From a bacterium (lineage in GTDB: Bacteria > Patescibacteriota > Minisyncoccia > UBA6257 > JAGOQP01), in contig JAJYXK010000007.1 in assembly GCA_021801825.1 (NCBI GenBank), positions 90,509-141,043 of the forward strand: a stretch of 50,535 nt of DNA, in the 5' to 3' direction. The notes beneath the pieces are model-generated. The model did no database searches and had not been told where the DNA came from. It saw only the letters and a program-made list of their open reading frames with translations. A program made the translations under genes and the position numbers. Positions 43,368 through 50,535 of the stretch are shown one piece after another (positions within the stretch are counted from its first letter, which is position 1; each line of letters opens with the position of its first letter).

Positions 43368-46367
43368 TTAGAAGTTTGCATTAAATGCATTTCCATCATA
43401 GGTGCTATCAACGCCATTATAGAAGAATCCCACATAGTCGGTTTTTCCTACCGTAGTGGTAAGTGTGGGAGCAACCGCGCTACCCCAACGAACGCTTGCG
43501 GGCCAGGTAATCGTATAAGAGCCCGTGCCTCCTTGTTTGAGCACTAATTTATAATTTCCTCCGCTCTGACCGTTTGAAAAAGTAAAAGTAACATTTCCAG
43601 TTAGCACGCAATGTTGTGTGTTGCCCGCGTTCCAATCAATAGTGACTGCGCCTGTACAGTTTCCTTTGGAAACGAGTTCTGAGTAGAAAGCGCCATTAAT
43701 ATCTAATTTATGGGTGGGGGCGGTGGTTCCAATACCCAGATTACCATTTGTATCCAATGCCATTTTTGTGACCCCTCCTTGTCTAAAATAGTGTTCTGAG
43801 CCAGTTCCAGTATCATAGTAAATTCTTCCTGGTGCTACGAGCTGAACATGATTAGAGGCATCTAGTTTCAATATGTTTGATATATTTGTATCGTTCTTTC
43901 TTGCTTGTAGATATGTATTATTTGGTAATAATATATTTCCGTTCACTTCAAGAGCCACCACTGGCGTTGTTGTCCCAATTCCTACATTAGCGGGGAAAGA
44001 ATAATTTCCTCCTCCAGTATTTGCGCCAAATGCACCAGAAGATATATTCGGAGCACTCATGGTTCCTGATAGGGAGCCACTAAATGCAGTTGCGGTAACG
44101 GTTCCATTCACTTGAAGCGCAGTGCTGGGCGTGGTGGTTCCTATGCCGACGTTGCCAGCACCTGTTATAGTCATAACTGTATTTGTATCGACAGACTCAT
44201 CAGCCACAGTTCCTGTTTGCCACTGGAATGCAGGATTAGATCCAGTGACTGGGCTATGCATGGTTAAATTAAGATTACTATCTATTTTCAATCCTTGACG
44301 AACATTAGAAGAAATAACTCGTAGTCCAATACTGCCTCCAAAAGTTTGTGAATCATCCGATCCCATTGCAAAGAGTGAATTATAACCAGGGTTCGATAAG
44401 CCCGATGATTTTTTAATATATAAATTAGTTGCTGGCGCCGTAGTCCCAATGCCTAGCCGCCCCGTTCCAGTGAGAACCATTTTTTCTTTGAGTTGTGGAG
44501 CGTCGGGAGCATAGAAAGTTGAGAAACGCATTGTTCCTTCATTAGCCACGTCATTTGCTACAGATATGCGTCCGAGTTCATATGTTGAGTTAGTAAAACT
44601 CATATACGTTCCCCATCCTCCTGTGTTTTGAAGTCTTAGGGCTTCCAATACACTTCCACTTGCTCCTGCTAGGTTCACATGGAGAGGGGCTCCCGGACTT
44701 GTGGTTCCAATTCCAACTTTTCCAGTAGTGTAATAAATGTCGCTCCCCGAGGTAGTCCACTGACTACTTCCTCCAGTGCCCGCGGAAAGCGCTCCGCTTG
44801 CATCTACCATAACACTTCGTGTTCCGGTCCCCGCAAGTGCTCCGATGGTAGTGGTTCCTGTTTGGCTTACGCGAAACAAATCGGCGCTATCAGCAGAATT
44901 GCGTATAATAAAAGGAGAATAATCGCTTGAAATGATACGAACCCCTTCTGTTAAAGTTGTTGATGCTACATGTAATTTTGCAGCTGGCGCAGTAGTTCCA
45001 ATTCCAATATTCCCGCCATTAAAATAAGATGCGGCGTTCCCCTCAATGTCTACTTTCACCGTTCCTGAGCCGTCGCGCACCAAAACTCCTCCAGCATTAC
45101 TTGCACCACTATTTGCATAGACATTAAATATTTGCGTTCCAGAAGCATTTTTTATTCTAATTGCTTCTGCGGTAGTTGCGTCAATTCCGCTTATTTCTAA
45201 TTTTGCGGCAGGGTTTGAGGTCCCGATCCCAATATCTCCTCCGCTAGTCACTCTCATTTTTTCGGTCAGAGCGGTTCCGGTATAGGTAGAAAATGCAATG
45301 TTATATCCTGTTTTTACAATGCGCGCATCACCACCGCTCCAGTCTATGTTTTGGTCTCCAGTCATCGTGATACCTCCTCCGGTGAGGGTGAGCCGGTATC
45401 CTGCGCGCGCGGTTGTTTGCCCGATTGCAACATTGCCAGTGTTGTAATAAATATCGGATGAGGTGGTGGTCCATTGGCTCGCTCCTACTTGTGACCACGC
45501 GGTTTTACAATCCCCATTAATACACAAACCTCCTGAAGTATTTATTTGTCCCCCCTGCACATCAAGTTTGTATCCAGGGTTGATGGCGCCAATACCGATA
45601 TTAGTTCCATTATCATAGAGAAGAGTAGAGGCATTAATGGTGCTTGCGGTATTCCATTTCGCTACATAGTTTGCGCTTCCGCTTCCACTGACGCCTGCGA
45701 TGTTTGCCCATGAGGTGCGACAGTCACTTCCAAAACAAAGAGATCCCGCAGATACTTGTCCGGAGAATGATCCATCTTTCCAACGAGCCGATGGATATGT
45801 TCCGATATTATAAGAACCATCAGCGTTTGGAATAAGATCACTATCAAACGCAGCGGCGTTTACGCGTGTAATAGCGGAACGCAAAGAACGAGAAATACGA
45901 GTCCCTCCAGCTGATTGTTGTGAGATTGCAATATCAATTTGCACCACGTCTTTTGATGCGGGTTGCGCGAATCGGCGAAACTCAAGGTTATCAATAGAAA
46001 CTTTATCGTTGGTTATGGCGAGCGGAGTTCCACTTGCTCCTTGAGTAACGTAGATACGGTTATTTTGCAAATAAATAGTAGTGGGATTTTGCGCAGTAGT
46101 AGGCATTTGCAATACCAGAGTAGAACTGGAAACTCCTGAATCTCCCTGCACAATACTAGCGGTGCGCACGTATCGTTGAATGGTTTGAATGGCGAAGTTT
46201 AATTGCCCCGACACTTCATTTTGATTAAACTCGGATATTTGGGTATTGGTAATGGTGTTGAGCATCCCTCCAAAAATACCCGCAGAGATACCCAAAATAC
46301 CCAAATAGATAATAAGTTCGGCCAATGAGAAACCTTTGCGCTGTTGCAAAAATGATACACGCGTCAT
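43368..46367 (-). CDS. prepilin-type N-terminal domain fused to a ~960-aa tail-fibre-like repeat protein
   Basis: MTRVSFLQQRKG|FSLAELIIYLGILGI carries G-1, F+1, E+5 and a hydrophobic helix. There are at least eight hGIGTTxPxxxLxV repeats (e.g. NIGIGTTAPAAKLHV, KVGIGTTSPGAPLHV, NLGIGTTAPTHKLDI). Confidence 0.85.
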   Translation of the reverse strand: MTRVSFLQQRKGFSLAELIIYLGILGISAGIFGGMLNTITNTQISEFNQNEVSGQLNFAIQTIQRYVRTASIVQGDSGVSSSTLVLQMPTTAQNPTTIYLQNNRIYVTQGASGTPLAITNDKVSIDNLEFRRFAQPASKDVVQIDIAISQQSAGGTRISRSLRSAITRVNAAAFDSDLIPNADGSYNIGTYPSARWKDGSFSGQVSAGSLCFGSDCRTSWANIAGVSGSGSANYVAKWNTASTINASTLLYDNGTNIGIGAINPGYKLDVQGGQINTSGGLCINGDCKTAWSQVGASQWTTTSSDIYYNTGNVAIGQTTARAGYRLTLTGGGITMTGDQNIDWSGGDARIVKTGYNIAFSTYTGTALTEKMRVTSGGDIGIGTSNPAAKLEISGIDATTAEAIRIKNASGTQIFNVYANSGASNAGGVLVRDGSGTVKVDIEGNAASYFNGGNIGIGTTAPAAKLHVASTTLTEGVRIISSDYSPFIIRNSADSADLFRVSQTGTTTIGALAGTGTRSVMVDASGALSAGTGGSSQWTTSGSDIYYTTGKVGIGTTSPGAPLHVNLAGASGSVLEALRLQNTGGWGTYMSFTNSTYELGRISVANDVANEGTMRFSTFYAPDAPQLKEKMVLTGTGRLGIGTTAPATNLYIKKSSGLSNPGYNSLFAMGSDDSQTFGGSIGLRVISSNVRQGLKIDSNLNLTMHSPVTGSNPAFQWQTGTVADESVDTNTVMTITGAGNVGIGTTTPSTALQVNGTVTATAFSGSLSGTMSAPNISSGAFGANTGGGNYSFPANVGIGTTTPVVALEVNGNILLPNNTYLQARKNDTNISNILKLDASNHVQLVAPGRIYYDTGTGSEHYFRQGGVTKMALDTNGNLGIGTTAPTHKLDINGAFYSELVSKGNCTGAVTIDWNAGNTQHCVLTGNVTFTFSNGQSGGNYKLVLKQGGTGSYTITWPASVRWGSAVAPTLTTTVGKTDYVGFFYNGVDSTYDGNAFNANF

Positions 46368-46584
46368 ATATAGTATGTATACCTTCTAGTATATCGTATT
46401 TACTACTAATATACCACGAAAAATTGTGCACAACTTTAAAAAACTACTGCGCGCAAACGAAGAAAAGATTAATGCGTGCATATTACGAGAGATAGTGCAC
46501 AAAGATTATCTCACCTAGTATTTTTCTTGTGTTTTTTTAATAGTCATGAGATGATGGTGCCTATAGATAAAAATTCATCCTGTT

Positions 46585-48420
46585 ATGAACATACGGAATT
46601 TCTGTATTATTGCGCATATTGACCATGGAAAAAGCACTCTCGCAGATCGCTTGCTTGAAGTAACAGGAACCATTGATAAACGGAAGATGAAAAATCAGTT
46701 TCTTGATCAGTTAGAGCTGGAGCGTGAGCGGGGAATTACTATAAAAATGGCTCCCGTGAGGATGCAGTATACAGCTTCTGATAAAAAACAATACATACTT
46801 AATTTAATAGACACACCAGGACACCCTGATTTTGGATATGAGGTGTCACGTGCGCTTGAGGCAGTTGAGGGTGCCATATTACTCGTTGATGGTATGCAGG
46901 GCATACAAGCACAAACGCTTTCTAATTTATATTCTGCTCAAAAAGCGGGGCTTACTATTATTGGCGCCGTGAATAAAGTTGACATGAACATCCCTAATAT
47001 TGAAGCGGTACTAGAAGAAACGGCAAAGCTCATTCATACGACTCCCGATAAAATCCATCGTATTTCCGGAAAAACGGGAGCGGGGGTTGAGAGACTTTTG
47101 GAAGATGTGGTGTCTTCAATTCCTCAACCCAACAATAAGGGAAATATTCTCCAGGGAGTTTCACGCGCTCTCATTTTTGATTCTTTTTATGATGATCACA
47201 AGGGTATTATTGCTATTGTGCGACTATTTAATGGATCTATATCAAAAGGAGCGTCTGCTGAACTTATGGCGGTAAAAGAAAAAATTATGATAAAAGAAGT
47301 GGGATATATGACTCCTAAAATGAAAGAGGCAGATACCGTACATGAAGGAGAAATTGGTTATATTGTCACGGGACTTAAAGATCCACATAAAATAAAAATT
47401 GGAGATACTATAGTAACACACAACGCACAACTCAAAACCCAAAACTTTAAGGACTTACGATTGCCAGGATATAAAGAACCAAATCCTGTGGTGTTCGTGT
47501 CATTTTTCCCAGATGAAGCAGATGACTATGATGATCTAAAAAAATCATTAGAACGTTTGAAATTAAATGATTCTTCATTTACGTATGAACCAGACTTCAA
47601 CGAAGTATTGGGAAGAGGATTTAAAGGAGGATTTTTAGGAAAGCTTCACTTTGAAATTATCGCACAACGACTTGATAGGGAGTTTGATATTCGCACCATC
47701 ACATCGTTTCCTTCGGTTGCATATAAGTTGAAAATATCCCAGAAGTTATTGCCGCATATTAAACGCGATGAAGATGGATATGTACATATTCAAAACCCCA
47801 AAGATCTTCCAATGGAGTTTGAGGAGATTTTAGAACCCATGATAAAAATTGAATTGGTATGCCCCGTGCATATTATGGGATCGGTGTTGGGTTTGCAGGA
47901 ATCTTTTCGTTGGGAACAAGTGACAACCGAAATGTTGGGAGATAGAATTATTATTCGTACGCGCATGCCGCTCGCAGAATTAATTTCTGATTTTGATGAT
48001 AGATTAAAATCTATTTCTGGAGGATTCGCATCGTTTAGTTATGAAGCAGATGGGTATCAAAAAGGGGAGTTGGCTCGCATGGATATTTTAGTAGCGGGAG
48101 AATTGGTCCCTGGACTATCTCGTATTTTGCCAAAAGCGACCCTTGAGCGTGAGGCGCGCAAAATGGTAACACAATTAAAGGAGGTATTACCGCGGCAACA
48201 ATTTTCACAAGCAATACAAGCGCAGGCGTTTGGAAGATTTGTAGCGCGCGAGACCATTCCTGCAATGAAAAAAGATTTGGGAAATTTTGGAAAGAACGGC
48301 GGTGATCGCACAAGAAAAATGAAATTGTGGAAAAAACAAAAAGAGGGGAAAAAGAAATTATTGTCTATGGCGAAAGTTAGAATTTCTCCTGAAGATTTTA
48401 AAAAATTACTCTCAAAATAA
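46585..48420 (+). CDS. lepA: translation elongation factor 4 (LepA)
   Basis: IIAHIDHGKSTLADRL, DTPGHPDF, NKVD, and a LepA-specific C-terminal domain. 611 aa. Confidence 0.96.
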   Translation: MNIRNFCIIAHIDHGKSTLADRLLEVTGTIDKRKMKNQFLDQLELERERGITIKMAPVRMQYTASDKKQYILNLIDTPGHPDFGYEVSRALEAVEGAILLVDGMQGIQAQTLSNLYSAQKAGLTIIGAVNKVDMNIPNIEAVLEETAKLIHTTPDKIHRISGKTGAGVERLLEDVVSSIPQPNNKGNILQGVSRALIFDSFYDDHKGIIAIVRLFNGSISKGASAELMAVKEKIMIKEVGYMTPKMKEADTVHEGEIGYIVTGLKDPHKIKIGDTIVTHNAQLKTQNFKDLRLPGYKEPNPVVFVSFFPDEADDYDDLKKSLERLKLNDSSFTYEPDFNEVLGRGFKGGFLGKLHFEIIAQRLDREFDIRTITSFPSVAYKLKISQKLLPHIKRDEDGYVHIQNPKDLPMEFEEILEPMIKIELVCPVHIMGSVLGLQESFRWEQVTTEMLGDRIIIRTRMPLAELISDFDDRLKSISGGFASFSYEADGYQKGELARMDILVAGELVPGLSRILPKATLEREARKMVTQLKEVLPRQQFSQAIQAQAFGRFVARETIPAMKKDLGNFGKNGGDRTRKMKLWKKQKEGKKKLLSMAKVRISPEDFKKLLSK

Positions 48421-48483
48421 TATTTAACCCCTTATTTTTCTTTTTAAGTTTTGAGTTTTTGCTTTTCATTGTATACTAATAGC

Positions 48484-48765
48484 ATGTCTTCGCGACGCAT
48501 TGTTACTTTTGCGGTGTTATGTGTAGTGTTGGTGTTGGTGGGGGCGGAATTGTTTTCGTTGTTTTTGGATAGCAAAAAATTGAGTAAAGAAAATATTGAA
48601 ATAACACAAAAGATACAAGCGCTTGAACAAGAAAGCCAGAAGGTACAAGGAAATCAAAATTACTATAGAAACCCCGATAATTTAGAAAAGAGTTTGCGAG
48701 AAAAATTTAATTACAAAAGACCAGGAGAAATAATGATTATTGTCGTACCAGAAAAACAACCATAA
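48484..48765 (+). CDS. septum formation initiator family protein (FtsB/DivIC-like)
   Basis: Start at MSSRR. One TM, then a coiled coil (ENIEITQKIQALEQESQKVQ) and a conserved-style ending KRPGEIMIIV. Confidence 0.7.
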   Translation: MSSRRIVTFAVLCVVLVLVGAELFSLFLDSKKLSKENIEITQKIQALEQESQKVQGNQNYYRNPDNLEKSLREKFNYKRPGEIMIIVVPEKQP

Positions 48766-48768
48766 TAT

Positions 48769-49356
48769 ATGTTAGATTTTTTTGTTCATACGTGGCGAAT
48801 ACGATGGGTGAGGCGAGGGATATATGGCGTGTTACTACTCGTAGTTATTGGAGGAATTATATACGCGAAAGGGTGGTATCCATTAGCACGAGTAAATGGC
48901 TCATATATATGGGCATATGATTATCGTGCTTCTTTGCAGATCACGAATAATTTTTATGAAAAGATGGAGCAAGAAACACACGCTCTCTTGCCACAAGAAG
49001 ATGAACTTAAAAAGGTGGTATTTGATGGATTAGTTGACGATGTTATTATCTCGCAAGAACTGCGTACTCAAATGTCTGATGAAGAATTGGTTCAAAAAAT
49101 AAAATTACAGACTGATGATATGATTGCGACGCCCGAATCAAAAAATAGAATGTTGGTGCTTACCAAAATGTCAGAATCAGATGCGCGAGAATATTTTCTT
49201 AATCGTGTGGCACGTGGGCAGATACTGGCAAATTTATTCACCCTACAACAGAAAGAAATGCTTCCTTGGTTTATGCAACAACGCACGAATGCGCGCGTTT
49301 CTTTGTGGGGAATATCAGGTGTGTGGAATGGAGAAAAAGGATATAGCGTGAAGTAG
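48769..49356 (+). CDS. membrane-anchored hypothetical protein (SurA N-terminal-like, tentative)
   Basis: 195 aa. One TM (GIYGVLLLVVIGGIIY) and a helical extracytoplasmic domain. 3 nt after the previous gene. Confidence 0.55.
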   Translation: MLDFFVHTWRIRWVRRGIYGVLLLVVIGGIIYAKGWYPLARVNGSYIWAYDYRASLQITNNFYEKMEQETHALLPQEDELKKVVFDGLVDDVIISQELRTQMSDEELVQKIKLQTDDMIATPESKNRMLVLTKMSESDAREYFLNRVARGQILANLFTLQQKEMLPWFMQQRTNARVSLWGISGVWNGEKGYSVK

Positions 49357-49417
49357 TCCTTGTTATGGATCCCGTTTTAGATCCGCGACACTATACAAAA
49401 TATGATATACTAAGTGT

Positions 49418-50535
49418 ATGAAACCAGAACACGCGGTGATGAAAAAAAATATACACAGCACCCAATCTTTCACTCTTATTGAAATGCTCATTTCGGTAAC
49501 TATTCTCTCTATTATTACGGGGATGGGGGTGTTAAATCTTACCAGTTATAAAAATCGCCACAGTTTTCAGCTTGATGCAACAAATATTCTGGAAGGAGTA
49601 CGTAGTGCTCAAAATAAAGCAATTCTTGGAGAGCAAGGAACTGCGTGGGGAATTCGGTTTACTCCCAGTATCGGCTCAGGGGCTGATTATTATGAAGTTT
49701 TTTCAGGAGCGTCATACGCGACTTCTTCGGTAGTTGCTACACAAGCGTTAAGTCGTGCATCTAAATTTTCTAATCCTGCTTCTGGGTTTACTAAAACAAT
49801 TGTATTTTCAAAAGTGACAGGGATTCCTGATGTGGCACAATCAGTTGCTATTCAAATGGCAACTGGAAATGATTCTAGTATTGTTTCTATAAGCAAATCA
49901 GCATCTATAAATCAATTACCAGGGAAAGATCTTGTTGGCTATTGGCCAATGGATGAAGAATCGGGAACGAACGCATATGACGCATCAGGGAAAAGTTATA
50001 CGGGAATAATACAGGGGGCGGTGGCATGGCAATCATCATCGTTGGGTTTATGCAAGGTGGGGGGGTGTCTAAATTTCAACGGAAGCAGTAGTTATATAAA
50101 CGTGGGAGATAAACAAGATTTAAACTTAAGTTCTGGAGGAACTATTTCCGCATGGGTTAAAATTCCTTCATCATGGACAGGGGGAGCGTACTCAAGCATC
50201 GCAGGAAAGGGGGCGAGTGCCGGATGGGATACTGACGGGTGGAGTCTATTTGCTTTTTCAGACAATAGAATTGGGATTGGAATAAGGAACGGAACTCTCA
50301 CGGTGTCTCCTTCATTCACCAACACAACAAAAGACCAATGGACTCATATTGTAGGAACGTGGGATGGAACGACAATACGGCTGTATCAAGATGGTGTTCA
50401 AAAAACATCTGCATCACAAACCATAACTCCTCCACAAACCAGTACGAGTTTTATTATAGGAAGAGGGCCTTCTAATCATTATTTTGGAGGACTTATTGAT
50501 GATGTTCGTGTATACAATCGTGCGCTTGCAACCAG
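49418..50535 (+). CDS. prepilin-type N-terminal domain protein with LamG-like domain (3' end outside the window)
   Basis: Open to the window edge, so absent from the ORF track. TQS|FTLIEMLISVTILSII. LVGYWPMDEESGTNAYDASG ... FGGLIDDVRVYNRAL is paralogous to 9144-10421. An alternative start lies at 49439. Confidence 0.8.
   Translation, partial: MKPEHAVMKKNIHSTQSFTLIEMLISVTILSIITGMGVLNLTSYKNRHSFQLDATNILEGVRSAQNKAILGEQGTAWGIRFTPSIGSGADYYEVFSGASYATSSVVATQALSRASKFSNPASGFTKTIVFSKVTGIPDVAQSVAIQMATGNDSSIVSISKSASINQLPGKDLVGYWPMDEESGTNAYDASGKSYTGIIQGAVAWQSSSLGLCKVGGCLNFNGSSSYINVGDKQDLNLSSGGTISAWVKIPSSWTGGAYSSIAGKGASAGWDTDGWSLFAFSDNRIGIGIRNGTLTVSPSFTNTTKDQWTHIVGTWDGTTIRLYQDGVQKTSASQTITPPQTSTSFIIGRGPSNHYFGGLIDDVRVYNRALAT

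Noticed and set aside
1-50535. Hammerhead-type CUGAUGA cores, integrase/transposase genes, rRNA and CRISPR arrays
   Set aside because: All CTGATGA occurrences seen (e.g. 3817, 17510, 26631, 49079, 49113) lie inside well-supported CDSs without flanking ribozyme helices. No ORF shows integrase, transposase or Cas motifs, and no rRNA-like sequence was seen.

Overview
This is an AT-rich, tightly packed 50.5-kb chromosomal window. Its style suggests a Candidate Phyla Radiation (Patescibacteria/Parcubacteria-type) bacterium, though that assignment is inference. The supporting traits are compact housekeeping genes, many membrane-anchored hypothetical proteins, and prepilin-type N-termini fused to LamG-like or fibre domains. 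tRNA genes mostly lack an encoded CCA, homing-endonuclease genes sit beside tRNAs, promoters are near-consensus TTGACA/TATAAT, and terminators are clean hairpins.

Core genes recognised from the translations:
- an ECF sigma/anti-sigma cluster
- a YkuD-M23 cell-wall enzyme fusion
- CCA-adding enzyme, Rel/SpoT, topA, dprA and an RluA-family synthase
- rplS, a single-chain pheS carrying an FDX-ACB domain, gap, trpS and an M50 protease
- rpsL-rpsG-fusA-rplM-rpsI
- mreB, hpf, secA, ppa, lepA and an FtsB-like protein

There are six tRNAs: Gly, Lys and Arg on the minus strand, and Ile, Val and Leu on the plus strand.

Most interesting observations:
1. A co-directional minus-strand module at 38.2-46.4 kb. 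It encodes a pilin-headed 999-aa fibre-repeat protein, four membrane-anchored cupredoxin-like paralogues with altered ligand positions, and a ~970-aa hyper-cysteine tandem-repeat protein. That last gene is split by a frameshift at a short GT tract and carries very recent internal duplications.
2. Two homing-endonuclease cassettes (GIY-YIG, LAGLIDADG) are physically entangled with tRNA-Ile and tRNA-Leu.
3. A dispersed family of GC-rich structured mini-elements. One sits downstream of tRNA-Arg with scrambled tRNA-Arg fragments, and one lies in-frame inside a pilin gene.
4. Two related long perfect palindromes show mirrored substitutions.
5. Two FCB-superphylum-style genes (a T9SS C-terminal sorting-domain protein and a beta-barrel-like protein) are embedded in this otherwise CPR-like context.

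No rRNA, CRISPR array, transposase or integrase was seen.
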